Positions 38,263-46,169 of a stretch of DNA of 64,000 nt are shown one piece after another. The notes under the pieces were generated by a model. That model made no database searches and was not told the origin of the DNA. It worked only from the letters and a program-made list of their open reading frames with translations. How positions within the stretch are numbered: position 1 is the first letter of the stretch; the number at the start of each line of letters is the position of its first letter. The stretch covers positions 1,088,001 to 1,152,000 of the forward strand of contig OZ244852.1 in the NCBI GenBank assembly GCA_965220965.1, read 5' to 3'. The position numbers and the translations under genes are program-made. The DNA is from Candidatus Marinacidobacterium sp. (lineage in GTDB: Bacteria; Acidobacteriota; Vicinamibacteria; Marinacidobacterales; Marinacidobacteraceae).

Positions 38263-40902
38263 GTGGCCGCGCGCAAGCTGATCGAGACCTCGCTGCCGCT
38301 GGACGCGATCAACGCTGCGGGCGCTCGCGAGAAGTCCATCCGCCACGGGCACCCTTCTACGCTGCACCTCTGGTGGGCGCGCCGGCCGCTCGCGGCGGCG
38401 CGGGCGGTCCTGTTCGCCCAGATGGTGGACGATCCGGACGAGGAGCGGTTCCCGACCGAGGAAGCGCGGCAGGCGGAGCGTGAGCGCCTGTTCGACATCC
38501 TGCGCCGGCTGGTGCTGTGGGAGAACACCACTAACGAGGAGGTGCTCGAGGAGGCGCGAGAGGAGATCCGCAAGAGCTGGCGGCGCGCGTGCGAGGACAA
38601 CCGCGACCACCCCCGCGCCGCCGAGCTCTTCGACCCGGAGCGCCTCCCCGCGTTCCATGACCCCTTCGCCGGGGGCGGCGCCATCCCGCTGGAAGCCCAG
38701 CGGCTCGGGCTCGAGGCGCACGCCAGCGACCTGAACCCGGTCGCCGTCCTGATCAACAAGGCGCTGATCGAGATCCCGCCGAAGTTCGCCGGGAAGCCGC
38801 CGGTGAACCCGGAGGCGTGCAGCCAGCCGAAGCTCTCGCAGCGGAGCTGGAAGGGAGCGACCGGCCTTGCGGAGGACATCCGCCACTATGGCCAGTGGAT
38901 GCGGGACGAGGCGGAGAAGCGGATCGGACACCTCTACCCGAAGGTCGCGGTCACAACACAGATGGTCGAGGAGCGGCCGGACCTGAAGCGCTACGCGGGT
39001 CGGGAGCTGACGGTCATCGCGTGGCTCTGGGCGCGGACGGTGCGGAGCCCGAACCCAGCGTTCCGGGACGTGGAGGTTCCGCTGGCGTCAAGCTTCGTGC
39101 TTTCGGCGAAGAAGGGGAAGGAGGCGTGGGTGGAGCCGGTCGTGGAGGGGCGCAGCTACCGCTTCCGGGTGCGGACGGGAACGCCTTCGGACGAGGCGAA
39201 GAGGGGCACAAAGTCTGGCGGGAGCGGGAGTTCCTTCCTCTGCCTGTTGTCCGGAGTCCCAATGCTCTTTCCGTATCTGCGATCCGAAGGCAAGGGGGGG
39301 CGCCTGAGGTCCCGCTTGATGGCCGTTGTCGCGGCGGGTGACCGGGAGCGCGTGTATCTGAGCCCCAACCAGGAACAGGTGCGCGCGTCCGTAGCGGCGA
39401 AGCCGGATGTGCTTCCGGAGACAGCTCTTCCGGCTAGAGCCTTGGGCTTTCGCGTTCAGGAATACGGAATGCTCCGATGGTCCGACCTCTTCACCGATCG
39501 TCAGCTCGTTGCGCTGACGACATTCTCCGATCTCGTCGGTGAGGCCATGGATCGCATCCGCCGGGATGCGTCCATAGCGGGGCTCCGGGACGACGGGATT
39601 GCACTGCGGAAGGGCGGCGTTGGCGCGCTCGCGTATGCCGAGGCGGTGGCGGTGTATCTGGCGTTCGCGCTGAGCAAACAAGCCGATTTGGGAAACAGCC
39701 TGTGTCGCTGGGAGCCCCTCGCACAGTGTCCACGTCAGCTCTTTGCACGACAGGCGATTCCGATGGTGTGGGACTTCGCCGAAGGGAATCCGTTGGGGTA
39801 CAGCTCCGGTTCCTGGACGGTTTGCGTTGAGGGGATTGCCAAGGCCTTCACTCGAGCGTTTCGCGTCGCTCGGACAGATGCCGTTGGTGTGGCCCGGCAG
39901 ATGGATGCCCAGTCGCAGGGCCTATCGCGAGGCCGGGTCGTCTCTGCGGATCCACCCTACTACGACAACATCGGCTATGCGGACCTCTCGGATTTCTTCT
40001 ATGTCTGGCTGCGCCGGTCGCTGAGGTCAGTGTGTCCCGAGCTGTTCGCCACCCTGTCAACACCCAAGGCAGACGAGCTCATCGCCACGCCGTATCGACA
40101 CGGCGGCACAGAAGAAGCCGAGACCTTTTTTCTGGAGGGTATGTCGACCTGCCTGCGTCGCATCGCCGTCGATGCACATCCGATGTTCCCGATTTCCGTC
40201 TATTACGCTCGGAAACAGAGTGAGCAGCGGGGTGCCCGGGGAAACAGGACGGGTTGGGAGACATTCCTTGAATCTGTTGTACGTGCCGGTGTTTCCGTAC
40301 ACGGTACGTGGCCCATGCGCACAGAAAACGCGAGTCGAATGACCGGCCAGGGGACGAACGCGCTCGCCTCCAGCATCGTTCTCGTCTGCCGTCGCCGTCC
40401 GGACGATGCCCCGACCGCGTCCCGCCGCGAGTTTGTAACGGCATTGCGCCGGAAACTTCCCGTCTCGTTGCGGCTTCTGCGTAGCGGCAACATTGCCCCC
40501 GTAGACCTCGCCCAGGCTGCTATCGGTCGCGGGATGGCGATATACACCCGTTACGCCCAAGTGCTTGATGCATCCGGAACTCCGGTCCCGGTGCGGGACG
40601 CTCTGGCGTTGATCGACCAGGTCCGCATTGAGGAACTCACACGAGCGGAAGGAGACTTCGACAAGGAGAGCCGCTGGGCTCTCGCCTGGTTCGACAGTCA
40701 CGGGTTCGCCGAGGGGCCCTTCGGCGAGGCGGAGACGCTCTCGACGGCCACGAACACAAGCGTGGCAACGATGGCAAGAGTCGGAATCCTCGAATCGCGG
40801 GGAGGTAGTAGCCCCAGAGGAGGCGGTAGCAGAGTTCCCGGTACGCGGGGACCCGCCCGACAGCGCCCTCCGCACAGGGTCGGGGTGCCGTCCATCACCT
40901 GA
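38263..40902 (+). CDS. DUF1156 adenine DNA methyltransferase, copy A (tail frameshifted after ~40805)
   Basis: [33 protein letters not shown]; the conserved tail continues in other frames to 41110. Confidence 0.88.
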   Translation: MAARKLIETSLPLDAINAAGAREKSIRHGHPSTLHLWWARRPLAAARAVLFAQMVDDPDEERFPTEEARQAERERLFDILRRLVLWENTTNEEVLEEAREEIRKSWRRACEDNRDHPRAAELFDPERLPAFHDPFAGGGAIPLEAQRLGLEAHASDLNPVAVLINKALIEIPPKFAGKPPVNPEACSQPKLSQRSWKGATGLAEDIRHYGQWMRDEAEKRIGHLYPKVAVTTQMVEERPDLKRYAGRELTVIAWLWARTVRSPNPAFRDVEVPLASSFVLSAKKGKEAWVEPVVEGRSYRFRVRTGTPSDEAKRGTKSGGSGSSFLCLLSGVPMLFPYLRSEGKGGRLRSRLMAVVAAGDRERVYLSPNQEQVRASVAAKPDVLPETALPARALGFRVQEYGMLRWSDLFTDRQLVALTTFSDLVGEAMDRIRRDASIAGLRDDGIALRKGGVGALAYAEAVAVYLAFALSKQADLGNSLCRWEPLAQCPRQLFARQAIPMVWDFAEGNPLGYSSGSWTVCVEGIAKAFTRAFRVARTDAVGVARQMDAQSQGLSRGRVVSADPPYYDNIGYADLSDFFYVWLRRSLRSVCPELFATLSTPKADELIATPYRHGGTEEAETFFLEGMSTCLRRIAVDAHPMFPISVYYARKQSEQRGARGNRTGWETFLESVVRAGVSVHGTWPMRTENASRMTGQGTNALASSIVLVCRRRPDDAPTASRREFVTALRRKLPVSLRLLRSGNIAPVDLAQAAIGRGMAIYTRYAQVLDASGTPVPVRDALALIDQVRIEELTRAEGDFDKESRWALAWFDSHGFAEGPFGEAETLSTATNTSVATMARVGILESRGGSSPRGGGSRVPGTRGPARQRPPHRVGVPSIT
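38272..39174 (+). repeat. 903-bp inverted repeat, left arm (partner 42669-43571)
   Basis: Colinear without indels; about 16 of 301 aa differ by hand count; includes a 105/106-bp identical block (38822-38927 vs 42916-43021). Confidence 0.9.
40522..40555 (+). repeat. Exact 34-bp inverted repeat, left copy (ATCGGTCGCGGGATGGCGATATACACCCGTTACG)
   Basis: Reverse complement at 41303-41336. Confidence 0.9.
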
Positions 40903-41110
40903 TCCGGGCGCACGAGTCGGAGGGAGAGGACGGCGCTGCGACACTCGGCAAGAAGCTCGGCGCGAAGGCCGATGCCGCCCGCGAACTCTGCTACCGCCTC
41001 CACTCGGTCGCCGACCGCAAGGGAAGGCCTGCCGAAGCCCTGCGGTACAACACCTCGTCCAGAGTTGGCCGGAGATCCAGAGGCTCATGCGGACGCCAGC
41101 TTGGACGTGA
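40806..41110 (+). pseudogene. Frameshifted C-terminal segment of the DUF1156 methyltransferase
   Basis: EFPVRGDPPD, then AVHHLIRAHES...ARELCYRLHSVADRKG...ALRYN, then LVQSWPEIQR, in alternating frames. Confidence 0.7.
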
Positions 41111-41114
41111 GCCG

Positions 41115-43604
41115 TCACTGTTCGCTTCCTGATGGTGATCGCGCTGCCGGCGTGTCCTCCAGGCCGCCACAGTGCTCCGTCATCGTGGCGAGCGCCCTCA
41201 CGCTGCCAACCGAGGACGCGAGGCCACGAACCTGCGCGCCGACAACGCTGTCTCCAGTGGCTCCGGGTCCCGCTGGTTCCGGGAGACGCCGCTTCAACGG
41301 CCCGTAACGGGTGTATATCGCCATCCCGCGACCGATGGCGGCCTGCGCGAGGTCAACGGGGGCGATGTTCTCGCTCCGCAGAAGCTGTAACGCCTCCGGA
41401 AGCTCCCGGCGCAGACCCGCCAGAAACTCGCGGCGGGGCGCGGTCGGCGCATCGTCCGGACGGCGACGGCAGACGAGCACGATGCTCGATGCGAGAGCAG
41501 CGACATTCTTCTTGAGATTCCCGGTCAGTTCGGTCCGCATGGGCCAAGTGCCGGTCAGCGAGAAGCCAGACTCGATCACCGCCGCCAGGAAGGTCTCCCA
41601 CCCGGTGCTGGTTGTTCCGGCATCGACCTTCGTCTCTGACTGCTTGAAGGCGTAGTAGATCGTGACCGGGTAGTGCGGATGGGATTGCTCAGAGAGCCGG
41701 CGAAGTGCCCGGGTCATGCCCTCCACGAAGAACTGTCGGGCGGCCTCCCGACTACCGTGCCGGTACGGCGTGGCGACGAGTTCGTCGGACTTTGGTGTCG
41801 CCAGCGTGGCGAGGAGGTCAGAGAAAGCTCGTCTCAGCGAGTGGCGAAGCCAAACGTAAAAGAAATCGGAAAGGTCCGCATATCCGATGTTGTCGTAGTA
41901 GGGCGGGTCGGTCGATACGACCGAGTCCCGCAGGGACCGAATCAGCTGCGCGTCGCCTTGTGTGGCCATGCCAGCGATCGCCAGCGGAGCTGCGACGACG
42001 CACTTGATCGGAAATCTGAGTTGCCCTGCCCAGCTACCGGTGGATGAGCTGAATGGATTGGCCTCGCATGAATCCCACACCATGGGCAGCGCTTGGCGAG
42101 CGAAGACCTGTTGGACGTTTTGCCCTTTCCGGTCCCAGAAGGAGAGCGACGAGTGCCGATTGGCCAACCGACCCACTGCCAGACCGAGATACACCGCCAC
42201 CGCCTCGGCATAGGCAAGCGCGCCAGCCCCGCCCTCCCGCAGCGAAACGCCATCGTCCGGGAGCTCCGCTGCCGCCGCATTCCCGCGGATGCGATCTATC
42301 GCCTCGCCGACGAGATCGGAAAACGTCGTCAAGGCTTGGAGTTGGCGCGAGGTGAAGAGATCTCGCCACTCCACGAAGCCGTAGGGCACACAAGTGCCCC
42401 CCGTGAGCCGCGGTGGCACGAGCCCCTGTGGACGCCATGCCGGCTCTGTCAATCGTGGCTCTGATTCGTGTGGCGGCGAGGGATCGAGGTAGATACGTTC
42501 GCGCTCTCCCTCGGCTACTACAGCTAGCAGGCGGGCACCCATCCGCTTGGCCTGCCCCTCCGCCTTGATGTAGTCGCTGCGGATCGGCGAGGCCGACATC
42601 AGGCACCGGAAGTTCGCTCCTCGCGACAGCTTGGTGCCCTTCCTGGCGTCTTCCGGCGAGGCTCCCCGCCGCACCCGGAACCGGTAACTCCGTCCGTCGA
42701 TCACCGGCTCGACCCACGCCTCCTTCCCCTTCTTCGCCGAGAGCACGAAGCTCGACGCCAACGGAACCTCCACGTCCCGGAACGCCGGATTCGGGCTCCG
42801 CACCGTCCGCGCCCAGAGCCAGGCGATGACCGTCAGCTCCCGGCCCGCATAGCGCTTCAGGTCCGGCCGCTCCCCAACCATCTCCGGCGTGATCGCGACC
42901 TTCGGATACAGGTGGCCGATCCGCTTCTCCGCCTCGTCCCGCATCCACTGGCCGTAGTGGCGGATGTCCTCCGCAAGGCCGGTCGCTCCCTTCCAGCTCC
43001 GCTGCGAGAGCTTCGGCTGGCGTCGCGCCTCCGGATTCACTGGCGGCTTCCCGGCGAACTTGGGAGGGATCTCGATCAGCGCCTTGTTGATCAGGACCGC
43101 GACCGGGTTCAGATCGCTGGCGTGCGCCTCGAGCCCGAGCCGCTGGGCCTCCAGCGGGATCGCGCCTCCCCCGGCAAAGGGGTCGTGGAACGCGGGGAGA
43201 CGCTCCGGGTCGAAGAGCTCGGCGGCGCGGGGGTGGTCGCGATTTTCCTCGCAGGCGCGCCTCCAGCTCTTTCGGATCTCCGCGCGGGCCTCCTCGAGCA
43301 CCTCCTCGTTCGTGGTGTTCTCCCAAAGCACCAGCCGGCGCAGGATGTCGAACAGGCGCTCCCGCTCCGCCTGCCGCGCTTCCTCCCTCGGGAACCGCTC
43401 CTCGTCCGGATCGTCCACCATCTGGGCGAACAGGACCGCCCGCGCCGCCGCAAGCGGCCGGCGCGCCCACCAGAGGTGCAGCGTGGAAGGATGCCCGTGG
43501 CGGATGGATTTCTCCCGCGAGGCGGCGGCGTTGACCGCGTCCAGCGGCAGCGCCGCTTCGATCAGCTTGCGACGGTGACTGACAACGTTCCCTGACGGAC
43601 TCAC
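41115..43604 (-). CDS. DUF1156 adenine DNA methyltransferase, copy B (C-terminally truncated after AIYTRY)
   Basis: Same catalytic motifs as copy A with a different central region; GAGGAGG RBS; unrelated sequence after 41303. Confidence 0.88.
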   Translation of the reverse strand: MSPSGNVVSHRRKLIEAALPLDAVNAAASREKSIRHGHPSTLHLWWARRPLAAARAVLFAQMVDDPDEERFPREEARQAERERLFDILRRLVLWENTTNEEVLEEARAEIRKSWRRACEENRDHPRAAELFDPERLPAFHDPFAGGGAIPLEAQRLGLEAHASDLNPVAVLINKALIEIPPKFAGKPPVNPEARRQPKLSQRSWKGATGLAEDIRHYGQWMRDEAEKRIGHLYPKVAITPEMVGERPDLKRYAGRELTVIAWLWARTVRSPNPAFRDVEVPLASSFVLSAKKGKEAWVEPVIDGRSYRFRVRRGASPEDARKGTKLSRGANFRCLMSASPIRSDYIKAEGQAKRMGARLLAVVAEGERERIYLDPSPPHESEPRLTEPAWRPQGLVPPRLTGGTCVPYGFVEWRDLFTSRQLQALTTFSDLVGEAIDRIRGNAAAAELPDDGVSLREGGAGALAYAEAVAVYLGLAVGRLANRHSSLSFWDRKGQNVQQVFARQALPMVWDSCEANPFSSSTGSWAGQLRFPIKCVVAAPLAIAGMATQGDAQLIRSLRDSVVSTDPPYYDNIGYADLSDFFYVWLRHSLRRAFSDLLATLATPKSDELVATPYRHGSREAARQFFVEGMTRALRRLSEQSHPHYPVTIYYAFKQSETKVDAGTTSTGWETFLAAVIESGFSLTGTWPMRTELTGNLKKNVAALASSIVLVCRRRPDDAPTAPRREFLAGLRRELPEALQLLRSENIAPVDLAQAAIGRGMAIYTRYGPLKRRLPEPAGPGATGDSVVGAQVRGLASSVGSVRALATMTEHCGGLEDTPAARSPSGSEQ
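41303..41336 (-). repeat. Exact 34-bp inverted repeat, right copy; the point where copy B loses homology
   Basis: Reverse complement of 40522-40555. Confidence 0.9.
42669..43571 (-). repeat. 903-bp inverted repeat, right arm
   Basis: Reverse-complement match to 38272-39174. Confidence 0.9.
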
Positions 43605-43650
43605 GATTCAGGCGCCTCCTCGGAAGCGGGCGGCGCGACAGCGTGACGTG

Positions 43651-43860
43651 TCACGAGCGCAGCTTCCGCAGCAGATCGAGCGTCGTGCCGCTCGTCGGCG
43701 AGCGGAACTTCAGTTGGCGGATCCGCGCGACGATGTCCCGGCGCGCTTCCTCGGTCTCCTGGTTCACCAACGGTTCCCGTTCCTCCTCCAGAGTCCGGCC
43801 GGCGCCGGTGGGAGTGGCCGGGCGACAGCCCTCGATCGGCTCCGCGTCGCGCCCGATCCC
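43651..43860 (-). pseudogene. Possible decayed FitA/Arc-like antitoxin
   Basis: GRTLEEE...ARRDIVARIRQLK...TTLDLLRKLR resembles FitA-type C-termini; N-terminus not recognisable. Confidence 0.3.
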
Positions 43861-44012
43861 ATCCGGAAGGCTGTGAGGTCGTTGTCCGCGGCCCCGCGCA
43901 TCGTCCCTGACCATGATCGCGGAGGATGGGCGGTTCAGCCCCGCGGTGTCAATACGCGCGCGCAACACGGAGCCCAGCGGAGAAACCCCCAAACCGCGGC
44001 GTGGCCGGCAGC

Positions 44013-44252
44013 TCAGGCGTCCTCCTCCATCACCCTGTCGAGCGCGTCGCGGTCGGCTATATCGACGCGCGGCGTCCCGCCGCTCCAGCTTGGCAAGGGC
44101 GGGAGAGGCTTGCGAGCGGCTGCCTGGGCTGGTTCGGACAGGACCAGTCGGACCCCTTCCTCGACGAGGCGTGAGACCGTGACGCCGCGACGCGCGGCCT
44201 CCTCGGTTGGGCGTCGCAGGAGCACCTCGTCCAGTTCGAACGTCGCCTTCAT
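44013..44252 (-). CDS. VapB/CopG-like RHH antitoxin (orphan)
   Basis: MKATFELDEVLLRR...AARRGVTVSRLVEEGVR...VDIADRDAL; TAGGGT -10 box 6 nt upstream. Confidence 0.75.
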   Translation of the reverse strand: MKATFELDEVLLRRPTEEAARRGVTVSRLVEEGVRLVLSEPAQAAARKPLPPLPSWSGGTPRVDIADRDALDRVMEEDA

Positions 44253-44372
44253 GGAGCAACCCTACTCCCGCGCGAGGGAATCAGCAGATCCGGTCCCGCC
44301 CGGTCTGTCTCGGTCCGTCCCGCGCCGCAATGAAGGAAACGCTCCCCCGCTGCGTAGTCCTACAGTAGAACG

Positions 44373-44951
44373 ATGCCGCGCCCTGCCGACGCTTCCGATC
44401 CTGCGGCGCTCGATCCGGAGGAGCAGGAGTGGATCCGGCGCTGCCGGAACGGTTCTCGCCGGGCCTACGAGCCGCTGGTCCGGCGCTACGCCACGTGGGC
44501 GGAGGCCTTCGCGTTCCGGCGGGTGGGCGACCGGGAGGAGGCGCGCGATCTGGCGCAGGAGGCCTTCGTCCGGGCGTTCCACGCGATGCCGCGGTTTCGC
44601 CCGGGGCGGCCGTTCCTGCCGTGGTTCCTCGCGATCCTCGACAACCTCTGCCGGAGCGAAATCCGGAGGCGGCGTCCCCATCTTGGGCTCGACGAGGTGC
44701 GTGAGCCCTCGAACGACGGCGGGATGGGGGATGTCGCGCGGCGACTCGATGTGGCGGAGGGTCTCGCGGCTTTGACCGAGGCCCAGCGGCAGGTCGTCGT
44801 GCTGAAGGATCTCGAAGGCCGGCCTCACCGGGAGGTGGCGGCCCGGCTCGGGATCCCCGAAGGGACCGTGATGTCCCGCCTGCACTTCGCGCGGCGACGC
44901 CTGCGCGAACTGTTTTCCGGCGCCGGACGGCGGCGCGCGGGAGGCGCCTGA
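44373..44951 (+). CDS. ECF sigma-70 factor
   Basis: AYEPLVRRY, DLAQEAF, PWFLAI, EVAARLGIPEGTVMSRLHFAR. Confidence 0.92.
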   Translation: MPRPADASDPAALDPEEQEWIRRCRNGSRRAYEPLVRRYATWAEAFAFRRVGDREEARDLAQEAFVRAFHAMPRFRPGRPFLPWFLAILDNLCRSEIRRRRPHLGLDEVREPSNDGGMGDVARRLDVAEGLAALTEAQRQVVVLKDLEGRPHREVAARLGIPEGTVMSRLHFARRRLRELFSGAGRRRAGGA

Positions 44952-45325
44952 TGATGACGAACGAACAGAAGTCTGCTAGCCCCGCGTCCTCGGGGCGGCT
45001 TCCGGCGGATGCGCCCGGGGTCGAAGATCGGGACATCCGGCCCGCCGACTCCGACGACGCCGCACTCGACCGGTTCTGGCTGGGGGTCTACTCCCGGCTG
45101 GAGCGGGGGATCGCGTGGGTCCTCGTCTCTGCGTCGCTTGCGGCGCTCGGGATGTACGGCGCCTACCACTTCGCGACCGAGTTCCTCGCCGACGGCGAGG
45201 TTCCGATCGTGGTCCGTTTCGGGACCGCCGGGCTGCTGCTCGGTATCCTGCTTCTTCTCCTCGGCGTGGTCCGCGAACGGATCCGCGCCCTCTCCACGGA
45301 TCCGTTCCGGAGGGTCCGCCGATGA
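44951..45325 (+). CDS. Two-TM membrane protein, anti-sigma-like
   Basis: Coupled to the ECF gene; FWLGVYSRLERGIAW, two TM helices, TDPFRRVRR. Confidence 0.65.
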   Translation: MMTNEQKSASPASSGRLPADAPGVEDRDIRPADSDDAALDRFWLGVYSRLERGIAWVLVSASLAALGMYGAYHFATEFLADGEVPIVVRFGTAGLLLGILLLLLGVVRERIRALSTDPFRRVRR

Positions 45326-45636
45326 TCCTGAGCACAACCTCATCTGTCCCCGGACGCGAAGTCGCCTCCGTCCTGGGAGTCGCCCGGGGCAACACGATCC
45401 GCACCCGCCACGTCGGGCGCGACATCCTCGCCGGGCTGCGAACCATCGTCGGCGGCGAGGTCGTGGGATACACCAAGCTCATGGCCGAGAGCCGCGAACA
45501 GGCCATCGCCCGCATGATCGAACACGCCGAGTCCCTCGGCGCCGATGCGGTGCTGGGCATGCGGGTCAGCACCCAGATGGTCATGGCGGGGGCCTCCGAG
45601 ATCCTCGTCTACGGGACCGCGGTCAAGCTGCGGTAG
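45322..45636 (+). CDS. YbjQ/UPF0145 family protein
   Basis: HVGRDILAGLRTIVGGE, GADAVLG, EILVYGTAV. Confidence 0.92.
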   Translation: MILSTTSSVPGREVASVLGVARGNTIRTRHVGRDILAGLRTIVGGEVVGYTKLMAESREQAIARMIEHAESLGADAVLGMRVSTQMVMAGASEILVYGTAVKLR

Positions 45637-45642
45637 GCCGCG

Positions 45643-46131
45643 GTGGCGGACGCCCCCGAGCGGGACGCGGGTCGGTTCTACGAGGACTTCCGCGTCGGAC
45701 AGCGCATCGTCCACCCGCTCGGGAGGACCGTCCACGCGGCGGACAACTCCTGGTTCTCGCTGCTGACCCAGAACCAGAACCCGATCCATGTGGATCACCA
45801 CTTCAGCGAGCGGACGCCCTTCGGGAAGCCGCTGGTGAACTCCTGTCTCACGCTGGCGCTTGCGACCGGACAGTCGGTGAACGACCTGACCCGGAACGTG
45901 CTGGCAAACCTCGGGTGGGAGGATGTCCGGCTCCCGGCTCCGTTCTTCGAGGGGGACACGCTCTATTCGGAGAGCGAAGTGCTCACCGCCCGGGAGTCCC
46001 ACTCCCGGCCGGAGGCGGGCGTCGTCATCGTCCGGACGACCGGGAGGAACCAGGACGGGACCGTCGTGATCTCGTTCCGGCGGACGTTCCTCGTGTGGAA
46101 GCGGGCGCACGCTCCGGCGTCGCCGGGGTAG
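45643..46131 (+). CDS. MaoC family dehydratase
   Basis: GRFYEDF, NQNPIHVD, ANLGW, GDTLY, NQDG. Confidence 0.9.
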   Translation: MADAPERDAGRFYEDFRVGQRIVHPLGRTVHAADNSWFSLLTQNQNPIHVDHHFSERTPFGKPLVNSCLTLALATGQSVNDLTRNVLANLGWEDVRLPAPFFEGDTLYSESEVLTARESHSRPEAGVVIVRTTGRNQDGTVVISFRRTFLVWKRAHAPASPG

Positions 46132-46169
46132 GGGGCGGGGCCCGGGTCCCCGGGGCGGGCTGGCGCGCC

